A stretch of 64,000 nt of DNA. Source: Phoronis australis. Lineage: Eukaryota; Animalia; Phoronida. The notes beneath the pieces were generated by a model. It was not told where the DNA came from. It did no database searches and was given only the letters and a program-made list of their open reading frames with translations. The stretch spans positions 1 to 64,000 of the forward strand of contig NMRA01000436.1 of the NCBI GenBank assembly GCA_002633005.1, in the 5' to 3' direction. Both the position numbers and the translations under genes were made by a program. How positions within the stretch are numbered: the first letter of the stretch is position 1; the number at the start of each line of letters is the position of its first letter. This document shows positions 1 through 11,800 of the stretch, one piece after another.

Positions 1-1007
1 CAGATAACGGAATTCATAGGTTCATGAGCTGCAGTTCGTAAGTGCGTACGTTGTGTTGTCTGGGTAGCCTTCCTTATCCAACGATTGTTGAAGGCACACT
101 CTGCAATAAAGACAACAAATTTTAATAACAGATGGGTAAAAGCTATCAGTATAAGACAACTTAACTTACTGGATGTTTATCGTGCTGTTCATACAACACT
201 GATTTGCAAAACTTCCTGACTTATATACAGAGCCTAGAAAATAGTCTTCAAACTCAAAATTTACCCAATCACTCTCCAGGATTCAAGTGCAAGACTAGTC
301 TGCAAGTTTACTTCAAGCATGCACTGCAGTGGGTCAGTTTTCCACATACTGTTTTGAATGAAGTATTAACAATGGATTCGCGACATTCAAAACAATTATA
401 TTCTCAACAACTTGAATACAAAACATGCACATGGTCACTTATCATGCTATCAAAATCGAGAACAAACCGTGCATATGACAAAACTTAATGTGTTAATAAA
501 AGTTGGACTTCAGGCTAACCAGGTATCGTGTTCTGTAACTTTTTAGTTCAAGTTCTATGACAAATTAATTAATATTTTAATCAAATGTTGAAACTGTTGG
601 CAACTGCAATGAACTAAAATTCCCATTATTTTTATGAGCTTTTCATTGTTTAATTCGTTAATCTGATAAGAAAATGCACAACTCTACATAATGAGCAGAG
701 GTAGTTGTGAACTAGAAGTCTCCAGCCAGCATAGAACTTTTTACTACCGTAATGTTTCATAGACATTTAGCCGGCACAAGCAGGGTTAGAACTGAAAGTT
801 TAATCTCACATGTATACTTCCGCGTGTACTTTTTGAAACCTATAGCAAAACCAAGAAGCTTTACATTGACTTGACCAAATGGCTACAAGAATCAGTGAGC
901 TTGTTAAGCCCATTGGCTAAACCAAGGACATATTTCATATTGTTTCAAATTCAAACCCTGATAGCAGCACTATTTTTAACTCAACAATGAAACATATGAA
1001 GCTCTAC

Positions 1008-1112
1008 CTGCCATATGGATGTAAACAGCCCAATACCACCCCTGGGTGATTGTTTCGATGCAAATGTTTGGATGTCCAGTTCTTCCAAGTACTCCGTCAA
1101 GTTAATGGAGAC
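1008..1112 (-). CDS. Candidate exon of an unidentified divergent gene or pseudogene (VSINLTEYLEELDIQTFASKQSPRGGIGLFTSIWQ)
   Basis: ttttcag acceptor, CAG|GTAGAG donor, 105 nt, only one open frame. No family recognised. Confidence 0.35.
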
Positions 1113-1272
1113 CTGAAAACCATGAGATATTAGCAAACATAACAGTATGTGATAGCTTCTTAAGAATGCAGACATAACCCATTTACAGGGAATGTTATCC
1201 ATGTAAAGATCAGGGGCGGTCGGGCGGATGCAGGATTTTGAGTTGGGGGGTTAGGGCAGAGTAGGGTTTTTA

Positions 1273-1408
1273 AGGGTGAGAAACAACATGACCGCCAGTC
1301 CTCTAAACAGGACCTCCGGGGATCAAATGGGACCGCCGCACCAGAAAATGGGACTGACGCACCTAAAACATGACCGCCCCACCACAAAACAGGACCGCCG
1401 GGCACTAA
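1273..1408 (+). repeat. GC-rich dispersed repeat with internal GACCGCC units, inverted relative to the copy at 2541-2700
   Basis: catgaccgccccaccacaaaacaggaccgccggg is the reverse complement of cccggcggtcctgttttgtggtggggcggtcatg. Confidence 0.75.
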
Positions 1409-2540
1409 AACCGCAACGACTAACAGGCTAAGATTTATTACCGTTAGGCCAACACACATCATACAATGGTGCTATATACGTATGCATATGCAGGTCTTGT
1501 GAGGATTAATCCACCGAAATCTTTTGTGCGCAACAAAGGACACTTCGCTTTGTAATACGCGGCGCTTTTGAGTTTAACTCATCACCAGGTTCCCGGCTGC
1601 GGTATGTGACTTATAATCAGTTGAAAGGTCAACATTTAATAAATCTAACACAAAACAACCACGTTGTACGCTTTTGAGCTAAATAATCCATTACGTAAGT
1701 TTTAGAACAAAATGAAAAACCTTTTCTTCAATTTGACGTTTAAAGTTTAACTAGTCAAGTAAAAAACGGGCGTTCTGGTTCTCGGGTGAAGCATCATCAT
1801 ACTATTACTAGCTGCCTTTGTGCGCAAAGCGGTATACTAAATATAGAGCTTTGCGCTGATGTGGGTAAAAAACTGAACATGTAAAATCTTCACCCGGCGA
1901 ATTTGTGTTATCAACAACACTCTTCCTTGAGTAAACTAAATTATTTCATCGGTGCTCGAGAAAAATTGTCGTTCAGTCGTTATTCTGCGTTCTCTTAAGT
2001 CGCCTTACATTGGCTGGTTCCTTTTCCCCCCGATTCTTCAGTCAACTGTTCTTCTACAAGGTTGCGTACCTGGCACAACAAATTATCGAAACTGGTTTCA
2101 TTTCGTTATAAGTTTTTAGTATTTTAATACCAGTAAACCGAATTTCAGAACAAACCTTGTTGCCGCAAAGTTGTCATCATCTTCTGAAAGATGTCGCAAA
2201 ATTGTTCTGAGGAAATGGCGCGTGCACATGTCACGAGCGCGACAGACTTATTGTTACAATAGTTCATAGATAGTTTTTCACTCAAGCAGTTGCAACCTGC
2301 AAGGTGAGTGTTGGTTGACGCCTAGATTTTGCATGTGCCTGCGCCGGTCGCGCGCTCTACTACATGTTGATGTAAGTTTCATGAGGAGGTGAGTAGCAGA
2401 ACTACCCCGGCTGTGGGAAATTTCGGGGATGTAACGGAGCTCAATAACGCTAATCAAGCTTTAATTTGGCGATAGTCTTGACACAGCTATCTGACCGGTT
2501 ACGTCATAACCCGCAGTATCACACAAAGTCCTTAACTACT

Positions 2541-2700
2541 CAGTCCCCGGCGGTCCTGTTTTGTGGTGGGGCGGTCATGTTTTTAGGAGCCTTAGTCCCG
2601 TTTTGTGGTGGGGCGGTCATGTTTTTAGGTGAGTCAGTCATGTTTTGGGTGAGTCGGTCCGATTTAGAGGACCGGCGGTGATGTTGTTTTTCTCACCCGT
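2541..2700 (-). repeat. Inverted copy of the repeat at 1273-1408
   Basis: Direct reverse-complement similarity. Confidence 0.75.
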
Positions 2701-4544
2701 GGTTTTGCCCATCAGACATTCACCACCTGCCCCCCCACTACCAATTGATCTTTTAGCGTTTTAGGAGGCCGGGGCCATGGCCCCTTACCAACCACTTTAC
2801 TGGCTGACATTTGCAAAGATATTAAATTGAGGTTCCAAGCAAATTTCTATGGGGAGATCATTCTAGTCAGTCCATATTCAACTCAACTCCTAGGTAAAGT
2901 TGTACCCAGATTAACTATCACTTTCACCATGACACTGAAATATTTGATTTCAATAAAACCAGTCGAACTCGCATTGAATGTGAAAATTTTAAGTCTGAAT
3001 ATGCAAACTTTTGCAACATTCTAGTATTCCACAACCCGGTAAAAATTCGAAAGCACATACTCAATCCCAAAGTCAAATCACACAGATTTTCCTTATTTGC
3101 ATTGAATTATTTGGTGCAATTAGATAGGAATTATGCAAGTTTCACTGTGCAAAGCAATAGTTAACATGTTGACTGNNNNNNNNNNNNNNNNNNNNNNNNN
3201 NNNNNNNNNNNNNNNNNNNNNNNNNNNNNNNNNNNNNNNNNNNNNNNNNNNNNNNNNNNNNNNNNNNNNNNNNNNNNNNNNNNNNNNNNNNNNNNNNNNN
3301 NNNNNNNNNNNNNNNNNNNNNNNNNNNNNNNNNNNNNNNNNNNNNNNNNNNNNNNNNNNNNNNNNNNNNNNNNNNNNNNNNNNNNNNNNNNNNNNNNNNN
3401 NNNNNNNNNNNNNNNNNNNNNNNNNNNNNNNNNNNNNNNNNNNNNNNNNNNNNNNNNNNNNNNNNNNNNNNNNNNNNNNNNNNNNNNNNNNNNNNNNNNN
3501 NNNNNNNNNNNNNNNNNNNNNNNNNNNNNNNNNNNNNNNNNNNNNNNNNNNNNNNNNNNNNNNNNNNNNNNNNNNNNNNNNNNNNNNNNNNNNNNNNNNN
3601 NNNNNNNNNNNNNNNNNNNNNNNNNNNNNNNNNNNNNNNNNNNNNNNNNNNNNNNNNNNNNNNNNNNNNNNNNNNNNNNNNNNNNNNNNNNNNNNNNNNN
3701 NNNNNNNNNNNNNNNNNNNNNNNNNNNNNNNNNNNNNNNNNNNNNNNNNNNNNNNNNNNNNNNNNNNNNNNNNNNNNNNNNNNNNNNNNNNNNNNNNNNN
3801 NNNNNNNNNNNNNNNNNNNNNNNNNNNNNNNNNNNNNNNNNNNNNNNNNNNNNNNNNNNNNNNNNNNNNNNNNNNNNNNNNNNNNNNNNNNNNNNNNNNN
3901 NNNNNNNNNNNNNNNNNNNNNNNNNNNNNNNNNNNNNNNNNNNNNNNNNNNNNNNNNNNNNNNNNNNNNNNNNNNNNNNNNNNNNNNNNNNNNNNNNNNN
4001 NNNNNNNNNNNNNNNNNNNNNNNNNNNNNNNNNNNNNNNNNNNNNNNNNNNNNNNNNNNNNNNNNNNNNNNNNNNNNNNNNNNNNNNNNNNNNNNNNNNN
4101 NNNNNNNNNTTTTTAAGAATTGCATGAGTTCTATTTATTACATTGTACTGACAAGGTCAGTGTCTCAGGGAATTAACATTGGGTGCATTCTTACTGCTGT
4201 TGGTCACCGGATGTTCGTCTACATTTAAAAATTCACAAAGACGTGCGATAATGATTACGCAATTGCACTAAATCTGTACTGACCAGGTAAAACGTTTGTC
4301 GTTTTATGGTTTGTATCTAAATGTTAAGGAAACATTCGGGCAACATTTTTATGAGATGATGGGTTTTGCATGAGCAAACAATAATTTTTTGTTGGAAAAT
4401 AATGGGAAAATTTTCGAACCAAAAATTAAATATCTCACTGTATTCAAATTTTAAAAACTTGAAAACGTAAATTTTCATCACATAGAAACCTTAGAGTTTT
4501 TAGAAAATTCAAATTTTCCACACATGAAAAATCAAATTTTCTGA

Positions 4545-5022
4545 AAAAATTAAGAAGTCAGGAAAACTTAAGTTTCTATAATTGGAAAAACTAAAGTTGC
4601 CGAAAAACTTAAGAAGTCAGGAAAACTTAAGTTTTTAAAATTACAAAAACTTATGTTTGATGATAAACTTAAGTTATCAGAAAAACTTAAGTTTTGTTAG
4701 TACAAAAAACTTAAGTTTTCATGAAAACTTAAGTTATTACATGAAACTTAAGTTTATTTGTGAAAACTTAAGTTTTACACCTGAAAAAACTTAAGTTTTC
4801 TGAAAAACTTAAGTTTTCTGAAAAACTTAACATTGTGCTGAAAAACTTAAGTTTTTGGCGAAAAACTTAAGTTTTAAAAACTTAAGTTTCTGTTAAAAAC
4901 TTAAGTTTTTCGGAAGAACTTAAGTTTTTCCTCTAAAACTTAAGTTATTTTCCAAAAACTTAAGTTTTTTCGCCAAAAACTTAAATTTTCAGCGAAAAAC
5001 TTAAGTTCATTTTTGTATGGGG
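4545..5022. repeat. Array of palindromic AAAAACTTAAGTTTTT units (about 20-nt spacing)
   Basis: More than 20 CTTAAG-centred units visible. Ends in TTTTTGTATGGG. Confidence 0.85.
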
Positions 5023-5339
5023 CAGTTGGCAAATGGAGCCAGATGTTAACGCACGTTCAGAACGTCTGGAAAAGTTGGTGAACGACAGAACGCCGTTATG
5101 AAGAACTCCAGTAAGATTTAGGGTGTGGAGTAGCAAAGACTCGGGCTGGGCACTGAAAACAAGAGCAATATGACGGGTTTTGCCCCCCTTTCGGTGACGT
5201 CTTGACTAACGAGAAACTTGCAAGTGACTATTGGGGAATTCGCATCCGATCCTCGAACTCAGTGCTGGCCGAATCTGGGAGAATTTTACGGGGGCCATGG
5301 CCCCTTGGCCATGGAGAGTGAAAATGGGCTCCGCTGTCA

Positions 5340-6200
5340 GCCGTATAACTGGTTAAATGTCCCCAAGGGCGTTCCCCAAGGGTCTGTCTTAGCCCGGGCC
5401 CCATGTCATTCAACATTTTTATCAATGATATGTTTTACGCTATAAGCGGTCACTGTAAGTTATATAATAACGCTGGTGACAATACCCTCTTACAAGCAGG
5501 CTCCTCTTTACATGTATCTGCAGTTCGCCTCAGCCTCAAGGTAGCAGGGCAGATGGCAATGGATTGGTTCTCCTCTATATGGCTGTAAACCCTGGTAAAT
5601 TTAAGTCAATCATCTTTTTTAGGAATCGTGTACATAATAATGATAGGTATCTCATGCCCTCTGGTGATACTATGATTGAGTGTGAAGAGTTCGTTAAGCT
5701 ACTAGCTATTCAAATTGACAGTCAGTTATCTGCAAAAAAGCTTCTAGACAAATAAATGCCTTGTTCCGTCTTCGTAATAATTTAGGCACTAACAGTAAGC
5801 TTAACTTATATTACGCATTCATAAGAATACAGAAAAGTAGGAAAATGGTACACCGTGTTCAAGGACGTACAGCGAGTCAATCTACTCACAACTCTTAGAT
5901 AAGACTAGGAGCTGCTCTCTAAATTAGTTGGTGGATGAAATGTTTATCTACTGAAGTATTCAAAAATGTTCATGTTTATTAATCCCTGTCAGGAAAGCTG
6001 GAACTTAGAGAGTCTGGATACGGTCCCTATGTGAAACGCTTTAATACCATGACTCACGGGTGTAACTCAATCTCCAATAAAGGTACTTTGCTGTGGAACT
6101 CATTAGTACCATCAGTAATGAGACCTGTACTGCCTTCATGAGTCAGTGCCACTCTAGATCTTGCTCTGCAGATCAGCTCTTGTGAAAATTGGTACCGATG
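5340..6200 (+). mobile_element. Decayed non-LTR retrotransposon (CR1/L2-like RT) fragment
   Basis: Frameshifted GVPQGSVL...FNIFINDM...LYNNAGDNTL (YADD-region remnant) and NPGKFKSIIF. Confidence 0.8.
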
Positions 6201-7130
6201 TCTACACGCTCCGTAATATGTATGTGTACTNCCCCGGACACAGCGCCACCTATACTGCAAAGTGGCGTTTAGCCCTGTGATAGAGTGTAAGTATAGTCTC
6301 TCCAGCGATATCCCAGGCGACCGGCAGTGGCGCTGCCCACTACGACACCGTTTCCGTCGTCTGCTCCACTGTGCTATGAAGAAAATCTGCTTCATTTTTT
6401 AAAGAAAATGGAACCTGAGTGACGATGAAAAAACAGAAGCTGCTGGTAAGATGTGAATTTTAATCGAAGCCTAAGTGAATCACTCAGAAACTCATTAATT
6501 CTCTCTTTGTCAAACCTTAACTTAAGACGATTTCCAAAGCAATCCCGTCATTATTGCCAATTTGAACACGAAAAACAGATTTGGTCTTCTGGGCATTTTA
6601 AGACTATTTTAAATACAACAAATTTGTTAAGAACCGATTACACAAAATATAAAACGTGTAATAAGCATTACAAAAAGAAGTGGATTTCGCGCGCAAACGC
6701 TGTGGGGTCTCTTAGTTTCTGTTTATTAGTGAAGTCGTGGTGGTGTAGTGGTGAAGCACGCGCAAACCCCCCTCCCGACCTCCCCCCATTCGGTGCTGTG
6801 CGCATCTACAATCGTGGTTTGCGCTAATGCTTACAGCCGGAGAAAATGTTGCCCCCCCCTTGTGATATTCTAGATCCGCCACTGAGAATTAGCTTGTATT
6901 TTAGTATTTTCACTGATTTTGTAGATTTTAAATTTGTCGGATTATATAGTAGTTGTGCCATTGCTAAATCTCAACGACTTTTAAATAGAGATTATTATTA
7001 CTACTACTTGGCCACCCTTAAATTCGCGCCACTGTGTCCTCCACCTGGGGCTAGGGGCGGGGGGCACTTTGTTGCGCCGCCCATGTTATCACCAGTTCAA
7101 AGCAAATTGACTGGACAACCCCGACGGTGA

Positions 7131-8420
7131 CTGTAATGTAATGTAATAATCTTTATTTAAAAGTCGGTGAGATTTAACAATGAAACGTCAGCACAAGTGC
7201 ATGATCCGACAAGTTTAATATCTACAAAATCATGAAGATACGTAGAACTAAAATACTAGCTAAGTCTACAGTACGGAGAATAGTACAGAACTTAAACATA
7301 AATATAAAAACAGAAGTACACATACATGTTACAGAGCGTGTAGACATCCGTATCAGTTTTCACAAGAGCAGATCTCAGAGAACTGAGCAAGAGTGGCAAA
7401 TTCAATGATAGGCAGTACTGATGGCAATGAGGTCCCGGCACTGCAAAGTATCTTAAGTTTATGGGAGATTGATGATCCGAAAGTCATCGTATTAAAGCGT
7501 TTCACTTTGAGGCAATTTTCACCTCTGAGACCGTATCCAGACTCTCTAACAAAGGACAGGGTCCAATAATATGAACATTAATTGTTGAATACATCAGTGT
7601 ACGATCAATAGATATGATTTCATCCGCCAATTTAACACAAATTTTAAAGCACGGTGTTGTATCTTTTCCATTTTCCTACTTTTCTGTATTCCACATAGGT
7701 GCCAAACGAGGGGGCAGTGATTAAAATAGGATCTGATAAATGCGTAATATAACTTACTTAAGCTTCTAAAACATTACGAAGACGGAACACAAGGCATTCA
7801 TTTGTCCGNATGATCCGACAAGTTTAAAATCTACAAAATCATGAAGATACGTAGAACTAAAATACTAGCTAAGTCTACAGTACGGAGAATAGTACAGAAC
7901 TTAAACATAAATATAAAAACAGAAGTACACATACATGTTACAGAGCGTGTAGACATCCGTATCAGTTTTCACAAGAGCAGATCTCAGAGAACTGAGCAAG
8001 AGTGGCCGCAAAATAGGCAGTACTGATGGCAATGAGGTCCCGGCACTGCAAAGTATCTTAAGTTTATGGGAGATTGAGTTACATCCGAAAGTCATCGTAT
8101 TAAAGCGTTTCACTTTGAGGCAATTTTCACCTCTGAGACCGTATCCAGACTCTCTAACAAAGGACAGGGTCCAATAATATGAACATTAATTGTTGAATAC
8201 AGTGTACGATCAATAGATATGATTTCATCCGCCAATTTAACACAAATTTTAAAGCACGGTGTTCTATCTTTTCCATTTTCCTACTTTTCTGTATTCCACA
8301 TAGGTGCCAAACGAGGGGGCAGTGATTAAAATAGGATCTTATAAATGCGTAATATAACTTACTTAAGCTTACGCTAAAACATTACGAAGACGGAACACAA
8401 GGCATTCATTTGTCCGAGTT
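7131..8420 (-). mobile_element. 3' part of a related LINE on the minus strand with AATAAA+(ATTAC)n tail, present twice around the N at 7809
   Basis: gaccgtatccagactctctaa and attacgaagacggaac..aaggcatt are reverse complements of 6004-6024 and 5755-5778. Tail tgtaatgtaatgtaataatctttatt near 7133-7158. Confidence 0.7.
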
Positions 8421-8820
8421 TTTCAAGGGCCGAGTCAATCAGTCACCCAGCATTTGAACTGATACCCCCAAAGTAAATCAAAATGGTGAAAACTAGACCC
8501 AAAATGTATGAAAGAAAATTGACTCAAAGTGTACCCCATCTCAGCGGCACGTCGCTCGTTATCCCCAATATGAAGACTCGGTTCACGTCTGAAGTCGTTG
8601 TTTATTTAGAGCTGTTGCAGAACTTACGTATTGCGCCGTCCACCCCTGCGTTTGTTACAATCGTTAACTATGTGGTCAGCGTTCTTCCTACGAATATGTG
8701 TCTGAGCTTGAGTGCTGTAATCATATCTATTTTCGATTCCCAAAAGTGTCTTAACTACATATTTTTGTGCGTGGCAATCATATGGCTGTAGCGAATTTGA
8801 CAACAGTTGACAAGGGTTTC

Positions 8821-8859
8821 GTTGTTATGATACTGATTGTAAACATTCCAAGATGGCGG
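8821..8859 (+). promoter_or_regulatory. Proximal motif cluster: X-box-like GTTGTTATGATAC (8821-8833), forkhead TGTAAACA (8838-8845), YY1-like CAAGATGGCGG over the ATG
   Basis: Motifs read directly and matched to consensus from memory. The X-box match is imperfect. Confidence 0.4.
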
Positions 8860-8894
8860 AGAATGTCCGAGTGGCTGTGAGAGTTCGACCTTTC
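8853..8894 (+). CDS. KIF28: KIF28-like exon 1 ([14 protein letters not shown])
   Basis: ATG in CCAAGATGG context. Encodes the kinesin beta-1 motif. Followed by ATATCCTT U12 donor. Confidence 0.92.
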
Positions 8895-11800
8895 ATATCC
8901 TTTTTTGCTTCCTAAAAACTTATTTCAAACAACTTTCGTCATTGAAAGAATGAAATCTTACGCTCGGGTATAGTTTTTACAGCTGTAAATTACCCAAGAA
9001 GTTTGCACATCGTTACTGTGGGATGTTTATTTCACCGTAGGCCTACGGCCTGTGCCGTGGCGTGTGAGGTGCCTGACGGATTCGAGTCAAGACTCTTAGT
9101 TTCTAGGGCTGTGCTCTCGAGAAACTATCAGTCATGAGGACATTGAGAGTGTTTACCTCATTTGTGATGTCGGGGTTCTCAACTTGGTTATCCTGCGTTT
9201 CACAACTGCGTTTCAGTTCAAACCGCCTCTTAAGTGTAATAACACCCACCAATTTAAAACTTCACTTCAAGTATTTCCAAGTCTTTGAATATTTCTTCCT
9301 GAAAAACAAATTTACTTTGAAATTTTATTAGGGATTCCTCTGGTCTGTACGTATCTTATTAGACTTTAAACAAGAAATTGTGTCCTCACAATTGCGCAGT
9401 CCTCACAATTGCGCAATCTCCTGTAGAAATTATCTCAGATAGCAGCTTTGTATATATTTTCAATCTCAGACTTTGATTTCTGCTCAAGTTATATTTCATT
9501 ATTTTTCAGAAATATCTGTGTGGAGTGTAAGGTTTATGCAACCCAGCCGTGGTTTGATAAGTTTTAACTTCAAGTTTTAAGATCTATAATTACTTGAATT
9601 TATTCATATTCCTGTCCTTAAGTCTGAGCCATTTCAAAATTTAGGAACAGCAGGCAGCGAAGCCCTTGCACTACCAAAAACTGTGCCATTTTTTGTTGAA
9701 AAATATTATATCTCCAACTGGCAACAACAGCCTTGATACTCCAGTGAATATTAATATGTCTGAAATAATCAAATTCATGGAAATGGTACGTGAAAACCAA
9801 AACGTGTGGTTGAAGTGGACCAATTTCCATTTGAGCGTAAAACTCGCATTGCTGTCTAGACAGTAGCACTGGCTGAACTCTTGCTGGTTCCCTGCGTGTC
9901 GCTAGGTGATAGATGACATGTAGGTATCATTTAATTTTCCTTGGGAATTTTTTTTTGTTACACTGGCATTTCCGATTGGCTGGTCGATTCTCAAAAGGTA
10001 GCGCTTCATGCAAACAAACTGGCATGACGGATGGAGGAAGTGTAAATATGGTCTGTTCTACAGACAAATCAGTGCTTAAGTCATGTTCAAGAAATGTGAA
10101 TCCCAGAACATTGTGTTTGCACCTTTACGGAGTGCATCTTTCTACTGTCGCTGACTTTTGTTTACGTTGCTGTCCTGTATTCATACAGTATGAATAACAT
10201 GCCGGTTAAATTGGCCAGATATGTGTTTATTGTACATTTGTATGTGCTTCAAGCACGCGGCTATTATACATTAGGCTACTTGCAGAAACGAAATAGTGGC
10301 TGTTACGCCACTTGCATGACAAGGCTAAAAGTTGTTCATTGTCCCACCATTTTCTTTGTATTTAGCTAACCAATGACTGCCAAGGTTACATCAACCAGTG
10401 ATAAAGTGTGTGCTAGTGAATGATACCTGCATGTTTTCTACTCGCAGGGTACCAGCGAGTGGCTGAACTGGGCTTGCAAAACTGGTTCAGATGGTAACCA
10501 TCCAATAAAGTTTCCATACGCCCGAGGCTTTTCAGCAGATTATTTCTCACACTGGCTGACCATCAAAGTCACGTTGCTATTTAATACTTTTCAAACACCT
10601 TTGGAGGCCATATATGACTCGCAATCCTTCAACCTTGAACAAATACTTCGGTAATAATTTCATATTTCTTTGCAAAAGGTCTCTTCATTTGTAAACGATA
10701 CCATTTTGTCCAGGTATGAGAGGTGGCCAAATTTCAAGAACTAGTGAACTCTGGTGGATGACCAGTGTAGTGCGTTGATGATTGGTTTGGACAAATATGT
10801 TTACTGAAAATAACCTTTTTTAATTATCAAAGGCTTGTTTTTTGGGAATGCCTACAGTTTCTACTGCCAGCTGTGGTATAGGACTTGAAAGTGAAAAAAA
10901 TATTTTGTGCTGTACATCATTTGTGAAAAATGAAGTAAAAACAAAATTACACTTGTACGCCATACTGTGTCCTAAATTGGTCAGATTTTAGCCTAACTTG
11001 TACCTTGGTGTTGAGGAAGGTCATTAATAACAGTGTGTATGCACTGAGAATCAGTTTGATTAATGGAGATTAATGGAGAGAGATAAGTGATTAGTTTAAT
11101 CTGTTTATCTGAAATGAGACTGAACAGGTTGCTGTCAAATCTCCTAGACTTTAGTTTAGGTTTTCAGCAATATGATCTCTGCCCTTTAGCCTTAAGAAAA
11201 GTTTAATGAATCTATTAATCAAAAAATCCTTCAGGTAGATTGAGCTAATGTATCAAAACTCCAGAGCACTTCCTTCCTTGATGACTGTGAACATGCAATT
11301 TAAAAATTTTGTACAAACAAAACTCCTCTGTCCATGTTCTTGTGTAGTGACTGTGGTGATAAGCGGTACAGCGAGTATCATTTGTCAACTAAATCAAACA
11401 AGATCAACACTTGTGCAAGCATTAGATCTTTTTGGAATTAGTAGTACTTGAAATCTGCTTGCCAGTCTGCTACTAGTAGATACAAGTTGCCTGTCATTCC
11501 TTAACTCTTCATACAATTCCCGTGAGCAGCAACGCAATGCAAAGCTCATTATTGACATGGTTGGTAGCACCACCACCATCAAAGACCCCGAGAATCCTGG
11601 CGCTGAGCCAAAGAAGTTTGCCTTTGACTTCTCGTACTGGTCTCATGATGGATTCAAGGAAGAAGAAAATGGCTACCTCTCGCCCACGAGCTCAAGATAT
11701 GCAGACCAGGTAATGTGTCTTACATTCTGGTTAAAGAGAGTTTTTTTCTGAGACATAATTAAGTTAGTTTGACACAGTTTTAACCTGTGGTTGAAAGATT

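Noticed and set aside
3133-4125. ORFs full of X (also at 13753-14581, 29659-30425, 36745-37238)
   Set aside because: Artefacts of N gaps 3176-4109, 13786-14281, 29706-30373 and 36821-37144.
4545-5022. CRISPR-like appearance of palindromic repeats
   Set aside because: Spacers are only a few nt, there are no cas genes, and the context is eukaryotic.
7201-8416. About 610-bp near-perfect tandem duplication
   Set aside because: The junction is exactly a single N (7809), so it is most likely overlapping contig or haplotype ends rather than a real duplication.
11557-11751. ATG at 11557 as the kinesin start
   Set aside because: It would omit the essential VAVRVRP strand, which is supplied by exon 1 via the AT-AC intron.
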